Assembly (NCBI GenBank): GCA_040900055.1
Contig: JBBDZU010000003.1
Location: 1-44,815, forward strand
Direction: 5' to 3'
Length of the DNA stretch: 44,815 nucleotides
From: Candidatus Saccharimonadales bacterium
Lineage (GTDB): Bacteria; Patescibacteriota; Saccharimonadia; Saccharimonadales; UBA10212
Shown: positions 8,143-17,126 of the stretch, piece after piece
How the letters are laid out: each line of letters starts with the position of its first letter
Position numbering within the stretch: the stretch's first letter is position 1
The notes under the pieces: generated by a model
What the model saw: the letters and a program-made list of their open reading frames with translations, nothing else
The model's database searches: none
What the model was told of the DNA's origin: nothing
Made by a program: the position numbers and the translations under genes

Positions 8143-9495
8143 TTAACTCTTCTGGCTTTTCTTTTTACCAGATGAGCCCTTTTTCGGCTGATCTTCAGTT
8201 GCGGCCTCGGGTTCGGAAGTTCGCTCCTCATCACTAGTTTTTGGGTTGGGGACGTTGATAGCTTTTTTACCTCGAATGACTCGTCTGAGGAATGATGGTT
8301 TATCGAGCTCTTGCTCGTACCTGTCTGCACTCCTGCTCTCTTCGTCTGGCAGCGACCAGATGTTAGCCTGTTCATCACTATGAAAATCATGGGCTTGGGC
8401 TTCTGTAACAGCCGCCAAATCGGCATCTAAGTCGGCAGAAGCAGCCTCATCGATATGGGCATCCAGTGAGGAGGCCGGCTCTAGATCGCCTTGGGTCTGG
8501 CGGATTAGCTCGGCCGTTTTAGCGTCACGGCTGGCGAAATAGGAAGCATCAAAACCGGTGGCAATCACCGTTACAATAATTTCACCCTCAAGGTCGGGGT
8601 TAATAGAAGCTCCAAAAATAATGTTGGCTTCTGGATCGGCAGCAGCCGTGATAGTTTCGGCAACCGTGTTGATTTCGTGCATGGACATATCGTGGCCGCC
8701 AATGACGTTAAATAATACACCCCGGGCACCATCGATAGAGACTTCCAGAAGAGGCGAAGATATGGCTTGTTGAGCAGCGTCGACAGCGCGGTTATCACCA
8801 CTAGCGCGGCCGATACCCATCAAAGCCGAACCAGCATTACTCATAACTGTCTTAACATCGGCAAAATCAAGGTTAATTAGACCGTGAACTGTAATTAAAT
8901 CGGATATACCCTGCACCCCTTGCCGTAACACGTCATCGGCTACCTTGAAAGCTTCAAGCAGCGGGGTACGCCGGTCAATAGTCTGGAGTAGCCTATCATT
9001 GGGGACGATAATTAAGGTATCGACATTTCCCCTTAGTTTCTCAATAGCCTCTTCGGCGATTCGGCGTCTTTTTTCACCTTCGAACGCAAACGGCTTGGTG
9101 GCGAAACCAATGACCAAAGCACCACTGTCTTTAGCGATTTTAGCCACAATATGGCCGGCACCGCTACCTGTACCCCCGCCAGCTCCAATGGTGACAAAAA
9201 CCATGTCACCATTCTTTAGGGCATTTTCGACTTCTTCAGCCGACTCTTCGATAGCTTTTTGGCCGATTTCTGGGTCAGCACCAGCACCCAAGCCTTTAGT
9301 AGTTTCTTGTCCAATATGGATTTTTCGGCCGGCCTTATTATGGTGCAATGCCTGAGCGTCGGTATTAACTGCTACAAATTCTACTCCGCTTACGCCAGCA
9401 TCAACCATTCGGTTAATGGCCGCGCCGCCGGCACCACCAACGCCAACGACCTTAATTGATGCAAAAGTTTCTACTGCTGGCTCAACTTGAGGCAT
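8143..9495 (-). CDS. ftsZ: Cell division GTPase FtsZ
   Basis: 450 aa. Tubulin signature [26 protein letters not shown], and a long acidic/basic C-terminal linker. Confidence 0.97.
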   Translation of the reverse strand: MPQVEPAVETFASIKVVGVGGAGGAAINRMVDAGVSGVEFVAVNTDAQALHHNKAGRKIHIGQETTKGLGAGADPEIGQKAIEESAEEVENALKNGDMVFVTIGAGGGTGSGAGHIVAKIAKDSGALVIGFATKPFAFEGEKRRRIAEEAIEKLRGNVDTLIIVPNDRLLQTIDRRTPLLEAFKVADDVLRQGVQGISDLITVHGLINLDFADVKTVMSNAGSALMGIGRASGDNRAVDAAQQAISSPLLEVSIDGARGVLFNVIGGHDMSMHEINTVAETITAAADPEANIIFGASINPDLEGEIIVTVIATGFDASYFASRDAKTAELIRQTQGDLEPASSLDAHIDEAASADLDADLAAVTEAQAHDFHSDEQANIWSLPDEESRSADRYEQELDKPSFLRRVIRGKKAINVPNPKTSDEERTSEPEAATEDQPKKGSSGKKKSQKS

Positions 9496-9636
9496 GGTTT
9501 TTTAACTTCCCTTAAATCCTTTTGAAGCGACCTTATTTAGCTTCAGTCATTATATATTAACGCCGTCGGCGAACGCAATTATTGCTCACTAAAATTTCCA
9601 AAACCGACAGTATAAATAGCTACTAGATTGTCGAAC

Positions 9637-10875
9637 TTAGCGTCGACGTAATCGACTAAAAAAATTGTTCAGCGAGCTGTTAACAGATTGGGTAATACCG
9701 CCCAAGCTATCAACATAGCTAGCGTTCTGAGCAGGTCCAAGATACATATCAAGTAGCATCAAACCCACGGCCGGTGCGAAAATTAGTTCATCTAACCCAT
9801 CTACTACCCTCTCAATGTGGCCGGTGGTGCCTAATCTTGCAGGCAGTTCTAGGCAATGTTTGGCAGACTCCACGATTCCAGGAAGCTTTGATGTACCGCC
9901 CACTAACACCACCCCGCCCGGCAGTTTGCGTGAACGGTGAGCAGCCTTAAACTCTTTATCAACAAACTCAAATATTTCCTCTATTCGAGCTTCCACGACA
10001 ATCCTAATCGTCTCCTTGTCGAATTTATGCTCGTGGCCGTCTTTGGATAGCCTTACCTGCCCCGAGGCTGCTGGCTCTAAGCTGGCGTGTTTAACTTTAA
10101 CTATTTCTGCAATATCTAGGTCGGTTTTTAAACCTATAGCTAGATCGTTAGTTAGGTGATTGCCCCCTAAGGGCACCACGGCTATATGCTCTATTTCGCC
10201 ATCTTCGATAATCACTAAATTTGTAGTAGCCGCGCCGATGTCGACTACCGCTACGCCCGAATCTTTCTGGTTACGACTTAGCGTTGCTTCGGCGGCAGCT
10301 AAACTAGTCACCGTCCTGTGCGACGGCTTAACCTCGGCTTTATCTAGGACCTGATCCAAGCCTCTGAGCGCTGGTGTGGAAGCCGTAAGTATGTGGGTGT
10401 CGACTTCTAACCTAACCCCGTGCATCCCGACCGGATCTTTTATGTTTTCGGCGCCGTCTAAACGGTAGTTTTTGGCAAAGACTTGAATGATATCTTTATT
10501 TGGAGGCAACGCAATTGTGGCAGCAGCTTCCTCAACTCGCAAGCGGTCTTCATCAGTAATTTGGCGGTTGGGCGAACTAATAGCTATGACGCCTTGGGAA
10601 TTAAGCCCCTCAACATGCGAACCGTTAACATTCACAGTGGCGGCTTTTATATCGCGGCCAGACATTCGCTCGGCTTCGGAAATAGCACTAGAAACAGCCA
10701 TGCAGATCTCGTCTATATGGGAGACATTACCCTTACGCATTCCAGAATTGGGGACGGACGAAAAACCAATAACAGTAGGCAAGGAATCATCGCCGCTCAA
10801 TTCTCCAACCACGCAGCGTACAGCGCTAGTTCCTATATCCAGTCCAACAAAGTACGAAAATTTATCGTCATTCAT
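9637..10875 (-). CDS. ftsA: Cell division protein FtsA
   Basis: 412 aa. Actin-fold phosphate motifs GLDIGTSAVRCVVG, DIGAATTNLVI and VLVGGTSKLPGI. Sits directly upstream of ftsZ. Confidence 0.93.
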   Translation of the reverse strand: MNDDKFSYFVGLDIGTSAVRCVVGELSGDDSLPTVIGFSSVPNSGMRKGNVSHIDEICMAVSSAISEAERMSGRDIKAATVNVNGSHVEGLNSQGVIAISSPNRQITDEDRLRVEEAAATIALPPNKDIIQVFAKNYRLDGAENIKDPVGMHGVRLEVDTHILTASTPALRGLDQVLDKAEVKPSHRTVTSLAAAEATLSRNQKDSGVAVVDIGAATTNLVIIEDGEIEHIAVVPLGGNHLTNDLAIGLKTDLDIAEIVKVKHASLEPAASGQVRLSKDGHEHKFDKETIRIVVEARIEEIFEFVDKEFKAAHRSRKLPGGVVLVGGTSKLPGIVESAKHCLELPARLGTTGHIERVVDGLDELIFAPAVGLMLLDMYLGPAQNASYVDSLGGITQSVNSSLNNFFSRLRRR

Positions 10876-10945
10876 TTTTGGTTGATTGTTTGTGTCATAG
10901 CTGCCTGTCAGCAGTATAACGCTAGCGGTAACCTCAGGGCAAGCG

Positions 10946-11674
10946 CTAGGCTAGAGGCCATAGTGTGGTTAGAATTTCGGCACCATCTTGGGTGATTAGC
11001 ACGGTGTGTTCAAAATGAGCGCCCAATGAGCCATCCCGCGTTATTACAGTCCAGCCGTCTTTTAAAATTTCGATTTGCCAGTCACCTAAAGTAGCCATCG
11101 GCTCAATAGCAATAGTCATGCCGGCCGATAAGACCGGTCCGGTACCGGCTACACCGTAGTTAGGGATATTGGGATCCTCGTGAATAGCGTAGCCTACGCC
11201 GTGGCCAACCAAATCGCGAATTATGCCTAACCGGTGTTTATTCAAAACGTCCTGCACCGCTGCCGATATATCGCCAACTCTAGTGCCGCTGCCAGATATA
11301 GCAGCAATTCCGGCATCGAGCGCAGCTTTGGTGCCAGCAACAAGCCTCCTGCTAGCCTCAGGGGGCGATCCGCCAGCAATTACAGTTACAGCTGAGTCGA
11401 CTATCATGCTCCGGTAACCGACAGTAAGATCTAATTTAACGACGTCGCCGGATTTAATAGGCGTTTTTGGGGGACGGCCATGAACGATAGCTTGATTAAC
11501 AGAAATGCACATAACATCTGGAAAGTTCTCGTATCCAAGTAGCACCGGCAAAAGGCCGGCCGTTTTAATCTTTTTAGCTGCTTGTGCAGAAATATCGGCA
11601 GGCACTGCTCCAGGTTCAACCATTTCGACCAGCTCCTTTAAGATTTGGGCTAGCTTTTGGCCGCCAGTGCGCAT
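10946..11674 (-). CDS. map: Type I methionine aminopeptidase; true start probably lies upstream of the first ATG
   Basis: 242 aa from the first ATG. Metal-ligand context VHG, DLTVGY, GHGVG, IEPM, FEHT. The 14 codons upstream (IATARAKTATELAA) continue the conserved IKTxxEIxxMR N-terminus but contain no ATG, GTG or TTG. Confidence 0.9.
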   Translation of the reverse strand: MRTGGQKLAQILKELVEMVEPGAVPADISAQAAKKIKTAGLLPVLLGYENFPDVMCISVNQAIVHGRPPKTPIKSGDVVKLDLTVGYRSMIVDSAVTVIAGGSPPEASRRLVAGTKAALDAGIAAISGSGTRVGDISAAVQDVLNKHRLGIIRDLVGHGVGYAIHEDPNIPNYGVAGTGPVLSAGMTIAIEPMATLGDWQIEILKDGWTVITRDGSLGAHFEHTVLITQDGAEILTTLWPLA

Positions 11675-11716
11675 AGCCGCAAGTTCCGTGGCTGTTTTGG
11701 CTCTCGCTGTTGCTAT

Positions 11717-12169
11717 TTAAGACTCCAGAGCTTCTTTGACCAGGCGTGAAACTGCTGCACCATCGGCTCGTCCCTGCGCTTTGGCCATAACTGCGCCAAT
11801 TATCTTGCCCATGTCGGTAGGTGAATGGTGTCCGATTTTTTGCAATTCGGTGTCTATAAGACTCTTTAGCTGGTCTTCCGTCATAACTTGCGGCAAGTAC
11901 TGCTCAATGACAGCTTTTTCGGTCATTTCTTGTTCGGCACGAGCAACCTCACCTGCTTTTTGGTAAATCTCGGCGGTTTCGGCTCGCTTTTTAGCCTCGC
12001 GCCGCAAAATTTGCTGAAACTGGCTATCTGATAGGTCACCGGTCTGGCCTTTTTGGCTTGATTCGTACTTTAGCGTGGCTTTAAAAGTCTTTATGGTTTC
12101 TGCTAAACGCTTGTCGCCTGCCAGCAGAGCTTTTTTTATATCTTGATCCATTTGTTCCAGCATAGGCAT
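11717..12169 (-). CDS. GatB/YqeY-domain protein
   Basis: 150 aa. MLEQMDQDIKKALLAGDKRLAETIKTFKATLKYE matches the YqeY family N-terminus as I recall it. Helical, charged composition. Confidence 0.75.
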   Translation of the reverse strand: MPMLEQMDQDIKKALLAGDKRLAETIKTFKATLKYESSQKGQTGDLSDSQFQQILRREAKKRAETAEIYQKAGEVARAEQEMTEKAVIEQYLPQVMTEDQLKSLIDTELQKIGHHSPTDMGKIIGAVMAKAQGRADGAAVSRLVKEALES

Positions 12170-12267
12170 ATTATCCTATATTCTCCCTTCCTCCGGAAGA
12201 GCAGCCCGACAAAATGTGGACCATTTTGTCGGCGCGATGAGAAACCGTGAAAGGGTTTCTCATAGGT

Positions 12268-12480
12268 TTATCTCCCTAGTTTTAACTTCTTAATTTTAGC
12301 TAGTTTACGCTGACGGCGGACAATAGCTTTTTGGCGGCGTTCGCTTTTGCTTAGCGGCTTCTCAAAGTACTGGGCCTGTTTTGCTTGCGCCAATACGCCA
12401 GCCTGCTGGACCTTGCGGTTGAAGCGCCGAAGCAAGTTTTCAACCGACTCTTTGGAATCTTTTCTAGTAATCTGGATCAT
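12268..12480 (-). CDS. rpsU: 30S ribosomal protein S21
   Basis: 70 aa, basic. ESVENLLRRFNRKVQQAGVL...SERRQKA is the typical S21 pattern. Confidence 0.9.
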   Translation of the reverse strand: MIQITRKDSKESVENLLRRFNRKVQQAGVLAQAKQAQYFEKPLSKSERRQKAIVRRQRKLAKIKKLKLGR

Positions 12481-12777
12481 CTAAAGCTGATTGCGTCTTT
12501 GTTGGGTGGCCCGCTGGGACTTTAAGACAATACTTTGAAGTTCCTTAAAGATGGGGAAATGTTTATTGGTGTAATAAATCTTAGTGTTACTTTGACGCTC
12601 CGAAATTAAAAAACCAATTTTTTCTAATCGCTTTAGCTCACGCTGGATGTTGCCGGCGTCTTCTTTTATAAGTTTAGCCAGCCCTCTAACATGGGTTTTA
12701 AAGTCAGGATATTTAGCATAAACCACAATGATTTTGCGACGAACCCTTGAAGTAATGAAAGTATCTAGCATGACCAC
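12481..12777 (-). CDS. Winged-helix DNA-binding protein (ArsR-like fold), hypothetical regulator
   Basis: 98 aa. HVRGLAKLIKEDAGNIQRELKRLEKIGFLISERQSNTKIYY looks like HTH plus wing. Its stop codon abuts the rpsU start codon. Confidence 0.55.
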   Translation of the reverse strand: MVMLDTFITSRVRRKIIVVYAKYPDFKTHVRGLAKLIKEDAGNIQRELKRLEKIGFLISERQSNTKIYYTNKHFPIFKELQSIVLKSQRATQQRRNQL

Positions 12778-12874
12778 CTATTGTTATTGCGACAACGTAA
12801 ATTATAGCCAAGCCAGACGAGCTTTGCAACCAGTCGTAACTCCTCAAATTTAAAACACGCTACAATTAAAGAAC

Positions 12875-14806
12875 ATGCGCTACTTCGAGGTGCTGATAGC
12901 CGACGGCCGCTACCATGGAGACTTACCACTTACCTATAGCTTTGATACGCAGTTAAAACCTTTCAATATTGTTACGGTTCCTCTGCGCCAGCGCCTGGTT
13001 AGCGGTTTTGTATTTAAAGAGGTAAAAAAGCCCGATTTTCCTATTAAGTCGATTAAAAACTTACTTAGCGATCAACCTCTGCCGACCCATTGCTTAGATC
13101 TAGCTAGGTGGTTAAGCAGCTATTACTCCTCAAGTTTAGGGGAAGCTTTAAGACAATTTGCACCTGCCAGAGCCGCCGTTAAGACCGCTCCTGCCTACAA
13201 ACTAAAGAGTTGGGATTTACAAGCAGATCTAGAAGCTAAGCTAGCTCCCGACCAGCAAAAAGCCCTAGCCCAAATTGCTAAAAACAAGAGTCAAACTATT
13301 CTACTGCATGGCGAAACTGCTAGCGGTAAAACGCGGATCTATTTAGAGCTAGCTAAGCAAACTCTCAAAAAAGGTAAAGGTGTGCTGCTACTAACTCCGG
13401 AAATATCTTTGACTGCCCAGCTGGTTGATAATGTTAAGAAACAACTGTCAGGTCCCGTGATAGTTGTGCATTCCCAACTAAGCGTTGCCGAGCGTCAAAA
13501 ACTTTGGCTAGCAATCTTGGAAGCTAAAGAGCCGGTTACGGTAGTTGGCCCTCGGTCAGCTTTGTTTTATCCAGTTAGTAACCTTGGGCTAATAGTGCTA
13601 GATGAAGCTCATGAACCCGCCTATAAGCAGGACCAGTCGCCTTATTACAGTGCCCTACGCGTGGCTAGTTATTTGGGCAATCTATGCCAAGCTAAGGTTG
13701 TTTTAGGTTCAGCTACTCCACAGGTCAACGATTATTATCTGGCAAAACAAAATAAGGCAGTTATTAAAATGGGCCGCTTGGCCAGAGCCACTAATCCGGT
13801 AGCAACAGACGTTATTGACCTAAAAAGTCGTCAAAATTTTACCAAACACCCGCATTTATCAAATCAACTAATTGATGCAATTAATGCAACGTTATCAGCC
13901 AAAAAACAGATTATGCTTTATCTAAATCGCCGCGGCTCAGCCAGAATTATCCTTTGCAATAGCTGCGGTTGGCAGGCTAGTTGCCCAAACTGCGACGTTG
14001 GCCTAGTCTATCACGCAGACGAACACCGAATCCGCTGTCATATTTGCGGTCATAACGAAACCTTGCCGATTGCCTGCCCCAAGTGCCGCAACCCCGACGT
14101 CTTATATAAAAGTGTCGGCACTAAGGCTATAGCCGATGATTTATCGCGCCTTTTCCCCCAGAGCCATATTAGCCGATTTGATAGTGATAACGTAAGAGGT
14201 GAGCGCTTAAATGAGCTGTTTGATGAGATACGAAGTGGCAGTATCGACATTTTAGTTGGGACCCAGTTACTGGCCAAGGGCTTAGATCTGCCAAAATTGT
14301 CGCTTGTCGGTATTTTATCCGCTGAAACTTCCCTATCCCTGCCAGACTACACCGCCGAAGAAAGGGCTTTTCAACTGCTTTATCAAGTTATGGGACGAGT
14401 AGGGAGGGGACACGGTCAAGGCCAGATCATTATTCAAAGCTACCAACCGGAAAGTTTGGTGATTAAGGCAGCGGTTAACCGCGATTTTGAGCTGTTTTAT
14501 CAAAAGACACTAGCTACCCGCCAGCAGTTTCGGTTTCCGCCCTATTCTTATCTTTTACAGCTAACTTGTAAAAGGTCTTCGGCGGCGGCGGCCAAAGCGG
14601 CCGCTGGAAAGCTAAAAACAAACTTATCGGCCTTGAACCTGCCAGTAGAGATAGTCGGCCCTACACCAAGCTTTTATGGGCGTCGTGGCATGAAATACTA
14701 CTATCAACTGGTCGTCAAAAGCAAAAATCGAGGGGACCTGCTAAAGCTAGCTCAGGCTACCCCGCCTGATTGGCGCGTCAACCTAGACCCTATCGACCTG
14801 CTTTAA
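12875..14806 (+). CDS. priA: Primosomal protein N' (replication restart helicase PriA)
   Basis: 643 aa. Walker A GETASGKT, DEAH-like LDEAHE, and a Cys-rich zinc-binding insert CNSCGWQASCPNCDVGLVYH...CHICGHNETLPIACPKC. Confidence 0.92.
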   Translation: MRYFEVLIADGRYHGDLPLTYSFDTQLKPFNIVTVPLRQRLVSGFVFKEVKKPDFPIKSIKNLLSDQPLPTHCLDLARWLSSYYSSSLGEALRQFAPARAAVKTAPAYKLKSWDLQADLEAKLAPDQQKALAQIAKNKSQTILLHGETASGKTRIYLELAKQTLKKGKGVLLLTPEISLTAQLVDNVKKQLSGPVIVVHSQLSVAERQKLWLAILEAKEPVTVVGPRSALFYPVSNLGLIVLDEAHEPAYKQDQSPYYSALRVASYLGNLCQAKVVLGSATPQVNDYYLAKQNKAVIKMGRLARATNPVATDVIDLKSRQNFTKHPHLSNQLIDAINATLSAKKQIMLYLNRRGSARIILCNSCGWQASCPNCDVGLVYHADEHRIRCHICGHNETLPIACPKCRNPDVLYKSVGTKAIADDLSRLFPQSHISRFDSDNVRGERLNELFDEIRSGSIDILVGTQLLAKGLDLPKLSLVGILSAETSLSLPDYTAEERAFQLLYQVMGRVGRGHGQGQIIIQSYQPESLVIKAAVNRDFELFYQKTLATRQQFRFPPYSYLLQLTCKRSSAAAAKAAAGKLKTNLSALNLPVEIVGPTPSFYGRRGMKYYYQLVVKSKNRGDLLKLAQATPPDWRVNLDPIDLL

Positions 14807-14847
14807 TAGCCTTTCGCCCTAAACTGTCGGTAGGCTATACTAACCCC

Positions 14848-15423
14848 GTGGCCACTAAAGAAGCTATTATCAGTCTGCCGAATCAAAAATTGAGGCAAAA
14901 ATCTCAAAAAGTTGGATTGATCACCCCGGAAATCCAAGCTGTAATTTCCGACATGAAGAGTTCAACCCTAGACTGGGAAGCTACACGAAAACACGAGGTT
15001 GGTGTGGCTTTAGCAGCTATCCAAATTAATCGGCCGCTAAAAATTATTATTATCCGCAACAATTTCGATGACAAAAAACGAAGGAGCTTCTCCGTTTACC
15101 TCAACCCCCAGATCGTCAAACTGGAGGGCGATATTACCGAAGATTTTGAAGGCTGCCTAAGCGTGGAGGGTATTTACGGCAAAGTACCGCGCTATAGTAA
15201 AGTTAGGGTCAAAGCCTTAAATGAGCGCGGCGAGCCCGTTCGCCTAAAAGCCGAGGGCTTTTTGGCACGCGTTCTGCAGCACGAAATTGACCACACCAAA
15301 GGGCTTATGTTCGTCGATCACATTAAAAATAATCCGCAGGCCTTTTATAGGCTAACCAAGGACGGCAAATTAACCGCCGCCCCATATAAGATAATTAAAA
15401 ATGCTCACATTTTTAGCGATTAG
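14848..15423 (+). CDS. def: Peptide deformylase
   Basis: Motifs GVALAAIQI, EGCLS and HEIDH. The track ORF starts at a TTG (14770) inside priA. The GTG at 14848 (VATKEAIISLPNQKLRQK) fits the family N-terminus better. Confidence 0.88.
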   Translation: MATKEAIISLPNQKLRQKSQKVGLITPEIQAVISDMKSSTLDWEATRKHEVGVALAAIQINRPLKIIIIRNNFDDKKRRSFSVYLNPQIVKLEGDITEDFEGCLSVEGIYGKVPRYSKVRVKALNERGEPVRLKAEGFLARVLQHEIDHTKGLMFVDHIKNNPQAFYRLTKDGKLTAAPYKIIKNAHIFSD

Positions 15424-15465
15424 GCTAGTTTTGTTGCGACGCTGCGAAGCGCAAGCGAGGCGTAT

Positions 15466-16437
15466 ATGAAATACGGTGAGCGCGCACCGCAAAGCGGCAA
15501 AACGAAAATAGCCAATAGGCTAGCGGCGCAGCCCGCTTCGCTGGCTGGCAGGCTGGCCGGCGCTAAAGATGTGAGGCTGGTGTTTTTCGGGACGGAAAAC
15601 TTTAGCGCACCTACGCTTTCTGCGCTAATTGGCCAAGGCTGGCCAATTTTAGCCGTGGTAACCAAACCAAATGCTAAGCAAGGCCGTGGCCAAAAGCTGG
15701 CAGTTCCGCCCGTCAAAAAAATTGCTCTAAGGGCCGGCCTAAGGGTCTTTCAGCCGGGTAAAGTGGCCGATATTGAGGCTGATTTGGCTAAATTAAGGCC
15801 TACTCACGGTGTTTTAGTGGCATATGGGCAAATTATCCCAGATTCGATCCTCAAGCTGTTCCGCGGCGGTATTATTAACCTCCACCCTTCGTTACTGCCT
15901 AAATACCGAGGGCCCTCGCCCATTGAGGCGGCCATCTTAAACGGCGACAAACAAACGGGCTTGTCTTTAATGCGTTTAACTGCCGGTATGGACGAAGGGC
16001 CGGTTTACTACCAGTCGGTCTTAAAGCTAAAAGGTTCAGAGAATCGCCTGGAACTATCTAAAAAAATGGCCAAAATGGGCGCTGACCGGCTTATCGAGAG
16101 ACTGCCGCAGATTATTGATGGCCGCCTAAAACCGGTGCCTCAGGACAATTCTAAAGCTACTTATACTCCTTTGCTTAAAAAAGAGGACGGAGCAGTTAAC
16201 TTTAGCCAACCAGCCGAGGTTATTGAACGCCAAATTAGGGCTTATTTAGGCTGGCCTAGAAGCCGCGCCACAATCTTCGGAAAAGAGGTAGTAATCACTA
16301 AAGCCAGTCTTGTTAAAGATAGAACCACGGGCTTAGTCATCCAGTGTAACCCCGGGCTATTGCAAATCGAGGAGCTTATCGCTCCCAGCGGCCGGACGAT
16401 CTCTGGAGTTGAGTTTATCAGAGGTTATTCGCTTTAA
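15466..16437 (+). CDS. fmt: Methionyl-tRNA formyltransferase (start uncertain: ATG 15466 with GAGG SD, or GTG 15571)
   Basis: VFFGTENFSAPTL N-terminus, HPSLLPKYRG motif, and a C-terminal beta-barrel domain. The first 35 codons are an atypical GC-rich extension. Confidence 0.9.
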   Translation: MKYGERAPQSGKTKIANRLAAQPASLAGRLAGAKDVRLVFFGTENFSAPTLSALIGQGWPILAVVTKPNAKQGRGQKLAVPPVKKIALRAGLRVFQPGKVADIEADLAKLRPTHGVLVAYGQIIPDSILKLFRGGIINLHPSLLPKYRGPSPIEAAILNGDKQTGLSLMRLTAGMDEGPVYYQSVLKLKGSENRLELSKKMAKMGADRLIERLPQIIDGRLKPVPQDNSKATYTPLLKKEDGAVNFSQPAEVIERQIRAYLGWPRSRATIFGKEVVITKASLVKDRTTGLVIQCNPGLLQIEELIAPSGRTISGVEFIRGYSL

Positions 16438-16790
16438 GTCGTACCGTGGCCGACTTCAGACGGCTTCGATTCACCGCCAGCCAATGTAGCGTCGACTATA
16501 GCCGGCGCCTGGGCTTTTATTTCAGCTTTTAGCTTTTCTAATTCGTCAGCTACCACTTTTTTGTAGTCTGGAAAGTTGGTTTCTAGCCATTTGAGTGCCC
16601 CTTGCTCGTCATTTCGGTCGATAAAACCCTCAAACTCGTCTAGCTGGTCGTCGCTCATTTGTTCGGCCAGCTTCATACCAACCCGCAACTCTAGCGTTTC
16701 GTAAATATGTGACAGCATTTTGTTCTTCTCTTCTGGCGGTAGGGCCGCCAGACCGAGTTGAGCTAGTAAATCCTCATCAAGCTTAAACAT
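16434..16790 (-). CDS. Acidic hypothetical protein (resembles the family I recall as DUF5663)
   Basis: 118 aa. MFKLDEDLLAQLGLAALPPEEKNKMLSHIYETLELRVGMKLAEQMSDDQLDEFEGFI. Convergent 4-nt overlap with fmt. Confidence 0.5.
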   Translation of the reverse strand: MFKLDEDLLAQLGLAALPPEEKNKMLSHIYETLELRVGMKLAEQMSDDQLDEFEGFIDRNDEQGALKWLETNFPDYKKVVADELEKLKAEIKAQAPAIVDATLAGGESKPSEVGHGTT

Positions 16791-16835
16791 TTACTTTTAT
16801 TTTACACTTTTTACTGGCTTAGCTAAATTATCTTC

Positions 16836-17037
16836 CTAACGGGATAGACGATCTCGAATAAACTCTTCTACATTTGGAGGCCACTCGGCAGGCCCCGGGC
16901 TACTAATGCCAACGTCGCCTTGCATACGTACATAGGTGTCATCATTTGTGTAAAACTTCTGAGAATCTTTTCTTTAAATCTGGTGACAACCGTTCATTAG
17001 ATATTCTGACGATTACTTCACCCGACACTTGGGCCAT
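16836..17037 (-). pseudogene. Possible frameshifted small ORF (about 66 aa if repaired)
   Basis: ATG at 17037 with GAGG 7 nt upstream gives MAQVSGEVIVRISNERLSPDLKKRFSEVLHK*. Shifting one frame in the A-run (ttaaagaaaagatt) continues as KDSQKFYTNDDTYVRMQGDVGISSPGPAEWPPNVEEFIRDRLSR*. The span is 202 nt, which is 3n+1. Confidence 0.25.
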
Positions 17038-17066
17038 TTCACTACCTCACATACGTTAGCAATATA

Positions 17067-17093
17067 AGATTATTGCCCATCTGACAATAATCT
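17067..17093 (-). terminator. Hairpin downstream of infB (candidate terminator)
   Basis: 9-bp stem agattattg/caataatct with a 9-nt loop, followed on the minus strand by tatatt. About 35 nt after the infB stop. Confidence 0.4.
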
Positions 17094-17126
17094 ACCTCTG
17101 CAAAGAAGTGGCGTCAATTAAATTTA

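Noticed and set aside
8124-9459. Alternative-frame ORFs inside ftsZ (8124..8426, 8558..8773, 8571..8801, 8945..9355, 9259..9459)
   Set aside because: All are nested in or antisense to the unmistakable ftsZ reading frame and lack any motif.
12207-12263. Two strong hairpins (cgacaaaatg/cattttgtcg and atgagaaacc/ggtttctcat) between rpsU and the yqeY-like gene as terminators
   Set aside because: Neither is followed by a U-tract on the minus strand, and the downstream gene appears co-oriented and operonic. They may be processing or stability elements, but I cannot support a terminator call.
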